Origin: Eledone cirrhosa
Taxonomy: Eukaryota
Length of the DNA stretch: 64,000 nt
NCBI GenBank assembly: GCA_964016885.1
Contig: OZ024743.1
Span: 340,442,001-340,506,000, forward strand
Reading direction: 5' to 3'
The notes below the pieces were generated by a model that searched no databases, was not told the DNA's origin, and saw only the letters and a program-made list of their open reading frames with translations. Positions 13,364-27,760 of the stretch are shown piece by piece. Made by a program: the position numbers and the translations under genes. Position 1 is the stretch's first letter. Every line of letters begins with the position of its first letter.

Positions 13364-14584
13364 CCCCCTCTCTCTCTGTATTATATATTAGGAAGTTATT
13401 TCAAGAACATTATGTGTTTAAGTAACTTACTTTAAATAAGTAAATGTGTAAGTATTGACTAAATTTCTATGACAAGTAATGCACAGATGCGAGTGGTCCA
13501 CATATAAATATTTGAGTGAGATTTAATACTACTAGATGCAGATATTATGATAATATGTTAGATAACTTATGTTGTGCTGATACTGGCAACTTTAGACTCT
13601 AATTATGAGTCATGTATTCTTTTGAATATAAAACAGATGTTTTCAATCGCGTGATGTTGGTTTTTATACTTCAATGAAAAGAGATAATATTGTCTTTACA
13701 CAAACAGACGGAATAAATTATTTTTGAGCAATATTACGGAAAACGGAATTGTAAATAATTAAGTAAAGAACAATAACTCATACATAAGTGAGATTCATGT
13801 TAAATTAACATAAATGATTGTTTGTTTTCATTTTTCATTTAACTCATAACGCTCTGTAAGGATTTAAGGAAACCAATATCTAAAAATGGATTTTCTAATT
13901 CAGATGTTTGAAATATCTTTACTAATGGAGAGATTATTCTGAAAATTTCCAATATTAAAATAAGAACTTTACTTTTTAGCATGGTGCAGTTATAGGTCTG
14001 TTTGAAACCTTTTCAAGTATGTCTTTTCTCGTGCAGTTTCATGCGGTACATAATTTCGTTAAATATGCTTTTCAAAACTTAGATATTTCAATTGTTTTTT
14101 AATGGAACAGTTTTATTAAGTTGTTTTGGTTTTACAATCATTTATGATATAATAATAATGTTGCTTAGTATCTCTTAAGAAAAAATATGGTATCTATGAC
14201 ACAGAGTTAAAAACTTAAGTTGTGATCATTCAAGTTTTAGTTTTATATTATTCTAGCTAGATTAAATTCACATTAAAAACAATACTTTAGTTAGCATCAT
14301 CTTTTCACACCATTTCTCTAATGTTTAAATAGGTAATGAAATATAACATTTGTGAGGCATATAGTTATCTTTGGCTTCTTGTAACGTTCATGCTAAACTT
14401 CAAATTAGATAACTGTCGGTTTGTGTACGTGCATTTATTGATTTTATATTTCCATTAAGATATTTTTACCATTTTTAAATCTATTTTTTTTTATCTATAC
14501 TTATATATTATATTACTAACATCATAACTTCTAATAGAGCCATGGAAACATCCACTCCAGATTTAACCACAGCTGATTTCTTCC

Positions 14585-14690
<106 letters not shown>

Positions 14691-14784
14691 GAAGAAAGAG
14701 TGAGAGAGAAAGAGAGAGACAGAGAGAAAGGAGGAAGAAAACACGAGAGAGAGAAAGAGAGAAAATAGGGAGAGCAGAACTGAC

Positions 14785-14937
14785 CTTAGTACTGGACTGA
14801 CACCTTATCTATCGAGCCCCAAGAATATGAAATGAAAAGTTGGTCTCCGTGGAATTTGAATTCAGGGTACAGATAACCAAAATGAAGACCGCAAGGCATT
14901 TTATCCGACGTCATAACGGCTCTGCCGATTCACCGTC
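14785..14937 (-). mobile_element. tRNA-derived SINE (cephalopod-like family), diverged
   Basis: atcgagccccaagaatatgaaatgaaaagtt…ggaatttgaattcag…ctgccgattcaccg is homologous to 32216-32400. Confidence 0.7.
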
Positions 14938-15099
14938 TATATATTATATACTTTTCAATATATGTTTATTTTTTTAATATTTGATGGTAACAATTGTAAA
15001 TTTCTTTCTATGTCTACTGATTCTGTTTATGTTTTCAAATAACAGAAAAGTATTCCCTGCTAGTTGTTTGTTTATTTTTTCACTAACTTAGACTTGATC

Positions 15100-15850
15100 T
15101 CACAAGCCATATCATAAACCTAACGAAAATCTGAAATATATTAACAAAGGATCCAGACACTCCATATATATTTTTAAAAGTATAGGCACTAGTATTAGCT
15201 GCAACATTTCCAAGTTATCATCCACTAAGGATATATTTTATACGGTAACGTTACATTACAATAAGACCCTTCTAGATAGTAAATACCAACATCACTCTCA
15301 GCAGACCTAAAAATGAAATAGAAATAGAAAAATAATGGTGAATTCTCACTGTTTAAATGTAGGTAAGAAATTCTTAGAAGTTATAGACAAGCATTTTCAC
15401 GCTCAACTTACGTATAGTAAATTATTCAGTAGACACTCTGGGAAGATAAGCTGTTCCTGCGGCACCTCCATGAGGACGGAAATAACTGCTAAACAAATCC
15501 AATGAAGATCCAGGATGCTATTGCAGGATAAAGGAAGATCGCTCTCTACAATAGAACTGTAACATTAGGTCCATAATCCATGAAGCCAAAGTTTCACCTG
15601 TCATGCTGAGAGCAGTGTGGGTATGGTACAAGACCGATTAAAAAACGATTCTACTTGCATGGCTCTCACTTCAAATAACCTGAAATGAAGACCATTATCG
15701 CCCTTGCAAAACAAGACTGTCAATTAAAAAATAATGAGATACCTTACACAATAAAGTGGAAGTGGCACTTACTTTCATCATGACAAAACTACTGCCCAAA
15801 TATTCAGACATTCAGTTATCACAAACAGAAGTGCTACATCCACAATAATT
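15100..15850 (+). pseudogene. Highly decayed PLE thumb plus GIY-YIG remnant
   Basis: Fragments RNRKI.., NVGKKFLEVIDKHF, YSKLFSRH..KISCSC and PYTIKW align by eye to 40820-41300 and 62096-62890. A downstream direct repeat (16276-16355 / 16866-16945) and a decayed CTGATGA…GAAAT at 16686-16735 fit pLTR remnants. Confidence 0.6.
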
Positions 15851-17706
15851 TCCACACATTAACGCTCTATTCTGCAAGTCACTTTTACTACATCTTACAC
15901 TAACAATTGATTCGAATTATTAAAAACCAATACTGAATACAGACAGAGGAACACACACAGAATCCCAAATATTCGCATTACAAAACAAGAGTCGCCACCC
16001 TTAGATTGTGAATTAACATATGTTGTGGGTTAGGTATCTTTTCCACACTGGATTTCAACCCAAAGTCTCGTAAAGTATCTTGCTTTCACGCCTAAAGAAA
16101 TGGTTACGGATTACAGCTCTGCCTTACACATTCTGCACAGTCGTATACAATTTGCGACTGCTGCCATGTGAATGCTTTGAAACCTATAGTAATGTAATAC
16201 ATGTTACATGTACGAATCATAATGATAGAATGTATTTTAAATTTTGTTAAATTTTAATGATACCCTACTCTTACATTCTCTTATTAAAGTTTGATATGTC
16301 TTTTTATACGTTTATACCATTAGATATTTATGTGTATATATATGTCATTCACTATTTTATAATGTTTATATTCTCGGATTTATTCCTTGAATTTATTCTA
16401 TGAGCTGATTTTGGGAGACAGGACACATGTTCGAGATTATCTCACATTATGACATCCATAATTTTGAATGCAATATATATAATATATTTATGCTCCTATT
16501 TGTTTTAGCTATTAAATATGTTGAGAAGTTAAACTGCTATTTCTAGTTTGCCTGAACCCTTTCATGACATTGCGGGCGGTAAATGAGTGTATTGTTTTTA
16601 AAAAATATAATACCATGTGCTTTTCTTGTCGCCTTCACTTCTGTATGGTAATAGGTTTAAGTTTAGATAGATTGATTACCCTCACTGATGATCCAGAATT
16701 AATTATCTAACTTCACCGATATTTGGTGAAATGTATCCATATTTTGTGAAGGATACATATGAGGGAGAATTCTATGATTTTTATCAGGTATCTATATTTT
16801 AAATTCTGTTAAATTTTAGTATGATACTGTAACGATCTATGTATTCTTACATTATATACAGATTGTCTCTTATTAAAGTTTGATATGTCTTTTTATACGT
16901 TTATATCATTAGATGTTTATGTGTATGTATATGTCATTCACTATATATATATATGTTTATATTCACACTCACACACATATATATATAATAAATCAAATCA
17001 AATCTTGCATCATATACAACTCTGTTTTGATATATGTTGATAGACAAACACCCACTCTTGCACACATATACACACTTGCATACACATGCGTACCCACACA
17101 CGTTCAACATATCCACACATGCACCCGCACATATATAAACATAATCAAATATATATAACACTACAACACAAACAATGTGAATATTCCGTTATGAATATTT
17201 ATTTCCATCTGAATGATTACTTTTATTTCAGTTTATTACCAAAGAAAATATTTACCATCGTTGAATAACTCTATATGCATTGAAAGTGTTACTTTGGGCA
17301 TTTTATTTTATCATTTAGGCTTTTTTCATATGTCGTAAATATCTTTCTATATTAAGACGTAAATATATATTTAAGTATTCATACATGTTTATAGACACAC
17401 GAATGTGAAAGAAAAATCTTTCAGAGGTTAAAATTTATTAAAATCGAAAATATCTGTATGATTCTTAGTATATTTTATTGGAATATTTAAGCGTATCCTT
17501 TCTATGTATAATCTTTTGTATTCATGTATTGGCTTCCATCATTTGGTTCGGGTCATAGCTCGAAACCTTGTATATTAACTTTTTCTCACGTCTCAAGAAA
17601 GTTAAAACTTGTATCATATTCTGTTTTGTTGTTTTCGTTGTTTTTTTTATTGTTCATGTTTTTACTATACATACATGCACACACACACACACACACACAC
17701 ACACCC

Positions 17707-17759
<53 letters not shown>

Positions 17760-18259
17760 CACACACACACGCACACAGACAGACAGACACACACACACAC
17801 ATACACACACCTCTATATGGAGCCTGAGCATACCGTATTCTTCTTATGATAACAATTTTAACTGATTTGCAACTGCCTCCATAAGAAAAACACAGCGATC
17901 GCCTGCTCCAATTTAGTTGACATAATGTTACTTTTGCCAAAGGTAATTTTCTCCCGTAATAATATTAATATTACTAATATTAAAGACTACACACACACAC
18001 ACACACACATTCACACACTCATATACACACACAGGTATATATATATATATATATATATATGTAGATAAATCTACCAAGAGTTTACGGTAGTGTCCAATCC
18101 GTATGAAGAACTCAATGTAATCCGGATATCATGGAAAGAAGAGATGCAATGAAAAATCACTTTCGGTGAAAGATAAACGGAATACAGAGTCAAGATAAAA
18201 TATTAAAAAAATAATGAATAAAACAATGAAACAGTTCCTTATATTAAACAAAAAAAGTT

Positions 18260-18410
18260 CATTATTTAACGATCGTTTCTAGGATATATATGTGTTAGAA
18301 TTGGCATGCATATTCAACAGATCTATGTACAAAATTATACAAAATTATACAAACTATCAAAATTAAATATACATACCAAACACATATATATGCCGTCTTC
18401 AGAAATAATG
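18260..18410 (-). ncRNA. Minimal type I hammerhead ribozyme motif (long stem II)
   Basis: Reverse complement of 22561-22711. Confidence 0.8.
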
Positions 18411-19015
18411 AAATATATTTATTGATAATAACAACAATTCAAAATTTCAGGTCCGTTTGGGAACAGAGTTCAAATTGACCAATGAAAATACAAAAAATTT
18501 TATGCAGTTTGGTGTGTGTATATACATGTAATTAACTTCGTACACATATTTACATAAAGATATATGTTCACATGCATACGCATGCCAAAAAGATGTATGC
18601 AAATACAAAAATTCAAGGCTAATGTCTCTGTAAGTCTATAATCCACAGATAAAATGCGTATAGACACATAAATATGAAATAAATGTATAGACACATTCAT
18701 ATACTCACACATATTCGTACACTCACACACACACGCGCGTATATGCATAAACATACACATAACTACGAACATACATACACACACACACCCCCACACACAT
18801 ATATATGTGCATATAGTATTATCATAAGCATATGGACATTAATGCACGCACATAAACACTGCCACACACATTTAGATCAGGATACAGAAATTAGGTGGGA
18901 GGGGGGGAGAGGTCAGTATTCAACGGTTTCGGCAGACTGCCTATTTATAGATGTATCTATAAACTTAGAAATAAAAAGAAAAGAAAAAGAAAAAAGAAAA
19001 AAGAAATATATCAAG

Positions 19016-19051
<36 letters not shown>

Positions 19052-19447
19052 CACACATACACACACACACACACACATATATATACATATACATATATAT
19101 ACACACATACATACACACATACATATATATATACACATACATATACACATATATACACACACATATATATACACACACATATATATACATACACATATAC
19201 ATACACACACATATATATATACAAACAAGTAAAATATAAAGTATACATCAATATACATACATATAGACATATAAATAAATACACACGCATAAACACACAT
19301 ACATATACATACATATACATACACATATATATAAACACATACATACACATACATATACATACACATACCATATAAATACACATACACATACATAGACGCA
19401 TACATATAGAGACACATACATATACACATATAAATACATAGACACAT

Positions 19448-19504
<57 letters not shown>

Positions 19505-19512
19505 TTGCACAC

Positions 19513-19567
<55 letters not shown>

Positions 19568-19627
19568 TATATACACTCACAACTCTCGTATATATACACA
19601 CACTCATACATATACACACATATACAT

Positions 19628-19708
<81 letters not shown>

Positions 19709-19849
19709 CATATATATACAGTCACACCTACATACATATATATATATAAATACACTCATATATATACACACATACACATACATACCCACATATAAATATA
19801 TATATATACATAAATATATATATATATACACACATACACACATACACAT

Positions 19850-19900
<51 letters not shown>

Positions 19901-20018
19901 CATACACACACATACACATATACACACATACATATATACTCACACACACACACCTACACATACATACACATACACATATATAAAGATATATATACACACA
20001 CACACACACATATAATAA

Positions 20019-20049
<31 letters not shown>

Positions 20050-20461
20050 TATACATATACATACATACATATATACATACATACATATACATACATATAT
20101 ATACACACATATACATACACACATACACACATACATACATACACACACACATACATACACATTAATTTTAATTTATTTAACCCTGTAGTGTGTGTAGTGG
20201 TGTTTGTATGTATATACGCATATATGGATGTGTATGTATTTGTATATATGCGTATATGTAAGTGCGTATGTGTGTGTGAGTATATATCTATGTCTATGTA
20301 TGAGTATGTATGTGTGTGTATGTATGTGTGTGTGTATGTATGTATGTGTGTATGTGTGTATGTATATGTGTGTATATATATGTATGTATATGTATGTATG
20401 TATATATGTATGTATGTATATGTATATATATGTATATATATATATATATATATTTATTATA

Positions 20462-20492
<31 letters not shown>

Positions 20493-20577
20493 CTTTATAT
20501 ATGTGTATGTGTATGTATGTGTAGGTGTGTGTGTGTGAGTATATATGTATGTGTGTATATGTGTATGTGTGTGTATG

Positions 20578-20618
<41 letters not shown>

Positions 20619-20759
20619 ATGTGTATGTGTGTATGTGTGTATATATATATATATTTATGTATATATATATATTTATATGTGGGTATGTATGTGTATGTGT
20701 GTATATATATGAGTGTATTTATATATATATATGTATGTAGGTGTGACTGTATATATATG

Positions 20760-20818
<59 letters not shown>

Positions 20819-20878
20819 ATGTATATGTGTGTATATGTATGAGTGTGTATATATATACGAGAGTTGTGAGTGTATATA

Positions 20879-20951
<73 letters not shown>

Positions 20952-20992
20952 GTGTATATATATATATGTATGCGTGTATGTATATATGTGTG

Positions 20993-21037
<45 letters not shown>

Positions 21038-21511
21038 TTATGTGTGTATGTGTCTATGTATTTATATGTGTATATGTATGTGTCTCTATATGTATGCGTC
21101 TATGTATGTGTATGTGTATTTATATGGTATGTGTATGTATATGTATGTGTATGTATGTGTTTATATATATGTGTATGTATATGTATGTATATGTATGTGT
21201 GTGTATGCGTGTGTATTTATTTATATGTCTATATGTATGTATATTGATGTATACTTTATATTTTACTTGTTTGTATATATATATGTGTGTGTATGTATAT
21301 GTGTATGTATATATATGTGTGTGTATATATATGTGTGTGTATATATGTGTATATGTATGTGTATATATATATGTATGTGTGTATGTATGTGTGTATATAT
21401 ATGTATATGTATATATATGTGTGTGTGTGTGTGTGTATGTGTGGATGTATATATATATATATATATATACAATATTAAATAAATGGAAAACTATATTTAT
21501 AAAACCATATT

Positions 21512-21577
21512 TATTTCATTATATATATTTCGGGGATATCATATTAACAATATGCTATGCCTTCATCAGACAAAATA
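21512..21577 (-). ncRNA. Minimal hammerhead ribozyme motif
   Basis: Near-exact reverse complement of 21736-21801. Confidence 0.72.
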
Positions 21578-21735
21578 CAATATAAACAGTTTTATAGATA
21601 AATATATTCGACATACCGTAATAAACATCAACTTCATTTGAAGAGGTTTACTCTAGCCAGAGTAAACCTCTTCAAATGAAGTTGATGTTTATTACGGTAT
21701 GTCGAATATATTTATCTATAAAACTGTTTATATTG

Positions 21736-21801
21736 TATTTTGTCTGATGAAGGCATAGCATATTGTTAATATCATATCCCCGAAATATATATAATGAAAT
21801 A
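21736..21801 (+). ncRNA. Minimal hammerhead ribozyme motif
   Basis: tattttgt CTGATGA aggcatagcatattgttaatatcatatcccc GAAAT ATAT ATA atgaaata. Stem I is 8 bp including two G-U pairs; stem III is palindromic. Confidence 0.72.
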
Positions 21802-22560
21802 AATATGGTTTTATAAATATAGTTTTCCATTTATTTAATATTGTAAATATACTCCAAATATTTGTCGAGTGCTTTTATATCAGTTATAAATATTTACCAG
21901 TTGTAACCCAACAATTTTAAATATAACTTTACATGTATATATATATATATATTTTCTTGATATATTTCTTTTTTCTTTTTTCTTTTTCTTTTCTTTTTAT
22001 TTCTAAGTTTATAGATACATCTATAAATAGGCAGTCTGCCGAAACCGTTGAATACTGACCTCTCCCCCCCTCCCACCTAATTTCTGTATCCTGATCTAAA
22101 TGTGTGTGGCAGTGTTTATGTGCGTGCATTAATGTCCATATGCTTATGATAATACTATATGCACATATATATGTGTGTGGGGGTGTGTGTGTGTATGTAT
22201 GTTCGTAGTTATGTGTATGTTTATGCATATACGCGCGTGTGTGTGTGAGTGTACGAATATGTGTGAGTATATGAATGTGTCTATACATTTATTTCATATT
22301 TATGTGTCTATACGCATTTTATCTGTGGATTATAGACTTACAGAGACATTAGCCTTGAATTTTTGTATTTGCATACATCTTTTTGGCATGCGTATGCATG
22401 TGAACATATATCTTTATGTAAATATGTGTACGAAGTTAATTACATGTATATACACACACCAAACTGCATAAAATTTTTTGTATTTTCATTGGTCAATTTG
22501 AACTCTGTTCTCAAACGGACCTGAAATTTTGAATTGTTGTTATTATCAATAAATATATTT

Positions 22561-22711
22561 CATTATTTCTGAAGACGGCATATATATGTGTTTGGTATGT
22601 ATATTTAATTTTGATAGTTTGTATAATTTTGTATAATTTTGTACATAGATCTGTTGAATATGCATGCCAATTCTAACACATATATATCCTAGAAACGATC
22701 GTTAAATAATG
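22561..22711 (+). ncRNA. Minimal hammerhead ribozyme motif (long stem II)
   Basis: cattattt CTGAAGA cggcatatatatgtgtt…aacacatatatatccta GAAAC GATC GTT aaataatg. Perfect 8-bp stem I and palindromic AACGATCGTT stem III. Confidence 0.82.
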
Positions 22712-22767
22712 AACTTTTTTTGTTTAATATAAGGAACTGTTTCATTGTTTTATTCATTATTTTTTTA

Positions 22768-22840
<73 letters not shown>

Positions 22841-23336
22841 TACCAACTACACAAACGAAGACGAGTGAACTGCACTACATTGAGTACTCTCCATAATATT
22901 ACATCAAGATTGACCATACGGAATGACCAATTCTATCCAGTGGTGAACCAACAAACCTATATATATATATATATACATGTAAATACATATATTGCCTTTA
23001 GTTACATCCACTGAAGAACAATATATTCATATTACTCGATACTATCCCGAATTCAGGGTACTGAAGTAACAATAGATACTAATTATACTCTTATGCTTCG
23101 AGTGCATGTTGGTGTTTTGCATGCAAAAAGCCCTTAAAACATCGTGTATCCACGCTGTTCTCATGCTTAAACTTTATACTCCATTACAAAACATATTTAT
23201 AAACTTTAGCCAACATTTATATAATCAACAGTCTCTTACATACAGTGATAGCTAAAAATTTATAGATTTATTTTGCAGTACAGTATAACCTTAAAGCAAA
23301 ACAACACTCTTAATGGACGCATAATCACCCCCATGA

Positions 23337-23367
<31 letters not shown>

Positions 23368-23409
23368 TGATAGTTATATGTGCATATATGTATGGAACTC
23401 TAACTCACC

Positions 23410-23441
<32 letters not shown>

Positions 23442-23543
23442 TGTATGTATGTATGTATGTATGTATGTATGTATGTATGTATGTATGTATGTATGTATGT
23501 ATGCCTGTATGTATGTATCTAGCTATCTATCTATACATGTATA

Positions 23544-26319
23544 CACATACATGAACACAGACAACAAAGAATTACGGACAACAATTTCAGCAAACCCTTC
23601 GGTCCAAACTGAAGGGCCAAACTTTATAACTGCTGTGGGACTACCTCATTTGAAAATGATAAAAGTCCCAATGCACTTGTACAAAACACTGAAAATAAAT
23701 TTCACGGAGGACGTGGGCCCCCCCTGCGCCAAACCAATCAACCGCGTCCTCCTAAAAAATTTCACCCCCCCACCCCACCCAGACACCCACTCAACGACAA
23801 ACACCCCAAGCCCACAACACACCGATGCCCCTTCACTTCCACAAACCACCACCCCACCCAACAACCCATCCCCAACCAGCATGGAAATTGAGCGGCCCGT
23901 TTCCCGGGACGCAGAGAGGTAAGTGCCTTTTCTCTTTACCACCAACATGGCTGTGCTAAGAGTAGGGTGTCTAAATGCGCGTGGCCTGGGCTCGTCTTGG
24001 AAGCAAGCAATGCTTCTAAATGACCTCAGGTCACAATCTATAAATGTGATGGTTATCTGCGAGGCCCGGATCAGCAGCATGCGACAGCTAGCCCCCACCT
24101 TTGACGACTTTGAGATGCACGCATCTCTCTGTCAGCCTGGAGGTGGGGGTGGGGTTGTCGTTCTGCTGCAAAAACATATGGGCCTTGCAACACAGATAGT
24201 TCACTTGGACCCAGGGGGTCGACTGGTGGTGCTGGACCTTGGCAGTGGTGAAGGTAGAGCCTTTAGGCTGATAGCCGCATATGCCCCTTTTGGGACAGAG
24301 CGGCCCGACTTTTTCCAGCGTCTGGAGTCTTTTCTAGGGACGTCCCGTTCCCTGCTTTTAGTGGGGGATTGGAATGGTATCCTGGATGCACGTTGGGACT
24401 ATGCAGGGGCATGTCCCGATAGAGAGGGATGCAACAGCCTCAAGGGGTTACTCGGCCGATTTGACCTGGCCGATAGATTTCGACTAGATTTTCCGACGGT
24501 GCCAACCTGGTCTTGGTCAAATCGCAGCGGATCATCTAGATCGTACCTAGATAGATTTTTAGTTAGAAATAAGGACAGGGACTTTTTAAGTTGTCCAGAA
24601 ATGCTCATGGTTGGCTATTCAGACCACAAGTTGGTGACCTGCATGGTCAACCTTGATAGAACGCATAGACAGGGCCCCGATGACGTGACAGTAATGGTGT
24701 CGACGGCCTCCGAAATCGAGGCGGTCGGCACCTTACTGGAGGAGTACGAAAAGTTCACAGGGGCTAAGCTGAACCGGGACAAGTCGATCGGTTTGCAACT
24801 CGGCACGTGGAGGGGCAGACCGATGCCCTCCGATAGCGTCGTCGGACGCTGGACGGAGGGCCCGGTGAAGTTGCTCGGGGTCTGGTTCGGACCGGACCTC
24901 CAGGTGGAGAAAAACTGGGCGGAGGTTACGAACAGGGTGTTTGCACTGACCCAGAAGTGGGCCAGTTGCAAACTATCCCTGAAAGGTCGGGCGGAGGTGG
25001 CGAACACTTATATAGCGTCCGTCATCTACTACCGCCTGACCGTAGTGCCCTGCCCAAGGGAAACCCTCACCAAGATGGAGCGCGCGCTCTTCCAATTCCT
25101 TTGGAAGAGGCGGGCTCCTATGGTGAGGAGATCCATCTGCTGTCAACACCCTTCGAAAGGAGGGCTGGGGATGCCGTGGCTAATGATGCGTAAACACGCA
25201 TTAAGGCTACGGCACCTCTACGTATTCCTCACCGGATAACCGGTGTGGGCCTCGTTTGTGAGACGAACCTTTCCCAGACTCGTCTCACTCACCGAGCTGC
25301 AATCCTGGGTCAAGCAAAGACCGAGAAAACTGGGCGCCTGGCACACTGAGTGTGCCCAGGCGCTCACCGCCCTCTGGCAGGCGGATCCGGTTATCAGTGG
25401 AGACTCCACCGCAACATTCTATAGAGGGCTGGTACGCAGCAGGTGCGACGACGCCCTCGGAGAAGCCCTAGACATGGAGGAGGACGAACTGGCCAGCCTG
25501 TTCGGTAGGACATTCAGTCCGGGACCTATGGACAACTTCCAGAAGTCCCTGGCCTGGCAGTGCTACCGAGGGGCTTTACCCGTTCGAGAAAGGCTCTACA
25601 GACACGGGCGCCCGGGTAGGGACCCCGCCAAAAAGATCTGTCCCAGATGCGTGTGCGACGAGGAAACCGTTGCACACGCATTGGTACACTGCTCGGGCGT
25701 AGCCGATCTGTGGGGCTATGTCGAACAACTGCTGTCAAGGGTGGGACCGATCCGGTTGACCACCGAGTCTATTGTAATGATCAAGCCGCCTCCCCCCTTC
25801 AAAGATGAAGCAGAGGCGGTGTTTCTGTGCGTAATAGCCATGGCGAAAGAGGTTGTATGGTGGACGCGTCTGAAAGGACTGAGGTCAGGCACCTTTCTCT
25901 CTGGCCAACAACTGGTCCGTTTCTTCCGATATCATTTCGGAAGAAGGATCAGGATGGAGAGAGAGGTGCTGCACCCCAGTCGTTTTTATGAAAGGTGGGT
26001 GAAAGTGGCGAGAATGGCCCGTGTGAATGGGCCTTCTCTTTACATAAGCCTGTAGGTGGAAAAGAGGAAGGAACGAGGGAGCACCCCCTCTCTGTGCTCC
26101 TGAGGAAAAGGGTTGCACACTTTTTTCGGGGGTGTGTGCGACCCCCCAAGGCGCCTCCTCTCTATTGAGGATTTTGTTAAAAATTTTATTTTTTGTTATA
26201 TCTTATTTTATTTTTATATTTTGTTATTGCCTCCTCCTTATTGAGGACGCCTTTTTGTGTAAACTCCTCCCTTTGTACTTGTCCCACTTTTGATGCCCTA
26301 GTGGCAAATAAAAGAAACA
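23544..26319 (+). mobile_element. L1/Tx1-clade retrotransposon, copy B (5'-truncated in ORF1, RT core deleted)
   Basis: ORF1 tail to the stop at 23922, ORF2 23947-26055, 3'UTR ending aataaaagaaaca. TSD tatctatacatgtata at 23528-23543 and 26320-26335. Confidence 0.92.
23947..26055 (+). pseudogene. Tx1 ORF2: APE endonuclease fused in frame to the post-YADD RT/thumb and CCHC zinc finger; one internal TAA (25237-25239)
   Basis: LNARGL, ICEARI, GDWNGILD, YLDRFLV, SDHKLV, then HRQGP|DDVTVMV, VKLLGVWF, KGGLGMP, CPRCVCDEETVAHALVHC. Confidence 0.9.
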
Positions 26320-26409
26320 TATCTATACATGTATATGCACCTTTATATGTATATGTATGCATATCTATCTATTTTTCTATTTATCTATCTATCTATCTAT
26401 TTAAAGTTA

Positions 26410-26710
26410 CCATTCGAGGTACAATACCGAGCAATGTGTTTAGTCCAAGGCCAGCAGTCGCACAAGCATACGTGTCTCCCCTCTCCACCGATGTTGTCCA
26501 AGAGAAAGGTAAAGTCAGATAGAGCTTGGCACCAGTGACGATGTCACAACTCATTTCTACTGCTGAGTGAACTGAAGCAACTTAAAATAAAGTGTCTTTT
26601 TCAAGAACACAACGCGGTCCGAGAATAGAACACATAACACCACGATTGCAATGTTATAAGTTCGATAACGACTAAATCATATTTTAACCACTAAACCAAG
26701 GTTCCTTCAC
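26410..26710 (-). mobile_element. tRNA-derived SINE, second family, diverged
   Basis: gcaacttaaaataaagtgtctttttcaagaacacaacgc…taaccactaaacca is homologous to 55090-55200. Confidence 0.6.
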
Positions 26711-27219
26711 AAAAAACAAGAAACAAATCAGCCAACGGTTGCCAAAATAGATCAGACTGAAGATGTAAAGCTCACTTGTTCATGTATGTATGCATGTATG
26801 TATGTATGTATGTATGTATGTATGTATGTATGTATGTATGTATGTATGTATGTATGTATGTATGTATGTATGTATGTTTATGTCGGGTCACGCTTGAGTG
26901 CTACTCATAACATGTAACACAGTACAACCTGTCGCATGGTTGGATCATCGGTGACTAAACCGGCAACCCCACCAAGTTTACTTGATGAGGAGGGTGATTT
27001 TGGACACTCTGCAGGACAAAAGACAGAACCTGACAAAGGGCGAAAGAACTCATAAGAGTCAACGGCCATCGAAAAATCTGTAAATATGTATATACATGAA
27101 TGCATGTGTATGTATGTATATATGTATATACATATGTATATGCGCGTGGACATAGATATAATCGGACTGAATACCCGATTGCACAGTTAAACCACTGGGA
27201 GTGAAGGAGCCCTAGCCTT

Positions 27220-27506
27220 TGTCAGGGCATTCTTCTAGGAGAAGGCAACTCAGGAAACTGGGATAACTCCGACATAAAACCTGCGGCTCAGTAGTTACCG
27301 ATGATGTTGATCTTTTCTTCTTTTCGGGTTATAGCTACTGTCGCTCAGAGAGAGGGATTGGCTCAATGTACAGTCTTTCCTCACTTTAAAAAAATCTTCG
27401 CGCACAGACATTGCACGATAGTATTAATTGATAATTATTAATAATGTTATATCGTGCCATGGTCATACTCGATAACGAGGGGACAGCCATCATGTATGTA
27501 TGTATG

Positions 27507-27538
<32 letters not shown>

Positions 27539-27760
27539 TGTATGTATGTATGTATGTTGTCACAAGACCTTTCTAGTAGAGGGAAACTCTGAAAAAAACC
27601 CCCCAAATACCTGCGGCTTCGGAAGCATCCGATGTTGTTGACCAGTTCTCCTTTTCGGGTAGTGTTTTCGATGCTCAGAGAGTGGGATTGGTCGAGTGTA
27701 AGGACATTACTTACTTGAAAAAACCTTCAAAGCACAAGCATTGCTTGTTGAGGATCTGCT
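27220..27760. repeat. Two diverged related repeats next to (TATG)n (possible RTE-related non-autonomous element)
   Basis: 27228-27420 and 27568-27745 share ttctagNagaNggNaactc…acctgcggct…cttttcgggt…gctcagagagNgggattgg…cattgc. Confidence 0.45.

Larger units (their letters stand above)
21469..21935. mobile_element. Palindromic pLTR insertion in (TA)n carrying two opposite-polarity HHRs
   Basis: Arms 21469-21654 and 21659-21844 around the loop agcc. The right arm continues to 21935. Absent from the mirror arm at ~19020-19047. Confidence 0.88.
18061..22775. repeat. ~2-kb-arm inverted duplication of a microsatellite-rich PLE 3'UTR/pLTR, with outward-facing HHRs
   Basis: 18198-20161 is the reverse complement of 20311-21468 plus 21936-22775. 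The spacer is ~20162-20310, the right arm is interrupted by 21469-21935, and the left arm extends to 18061. Confidence 0.92.

Noticed and set aside
13420-14560. Unique AT-rich stretch that could hold a host exon
   Set aside because: No ORF or credible splice-bounded exon. Small exons cannot be excluded without RNA-seq.
18683-21585. Long ORFs up to 390 aa ([12 protein letters not shown]-rich), and similar ORFs throughout the window
   Set aside because: Translations of dinucleotide microsatellite mosaics that lack stop codons; no domain signature.
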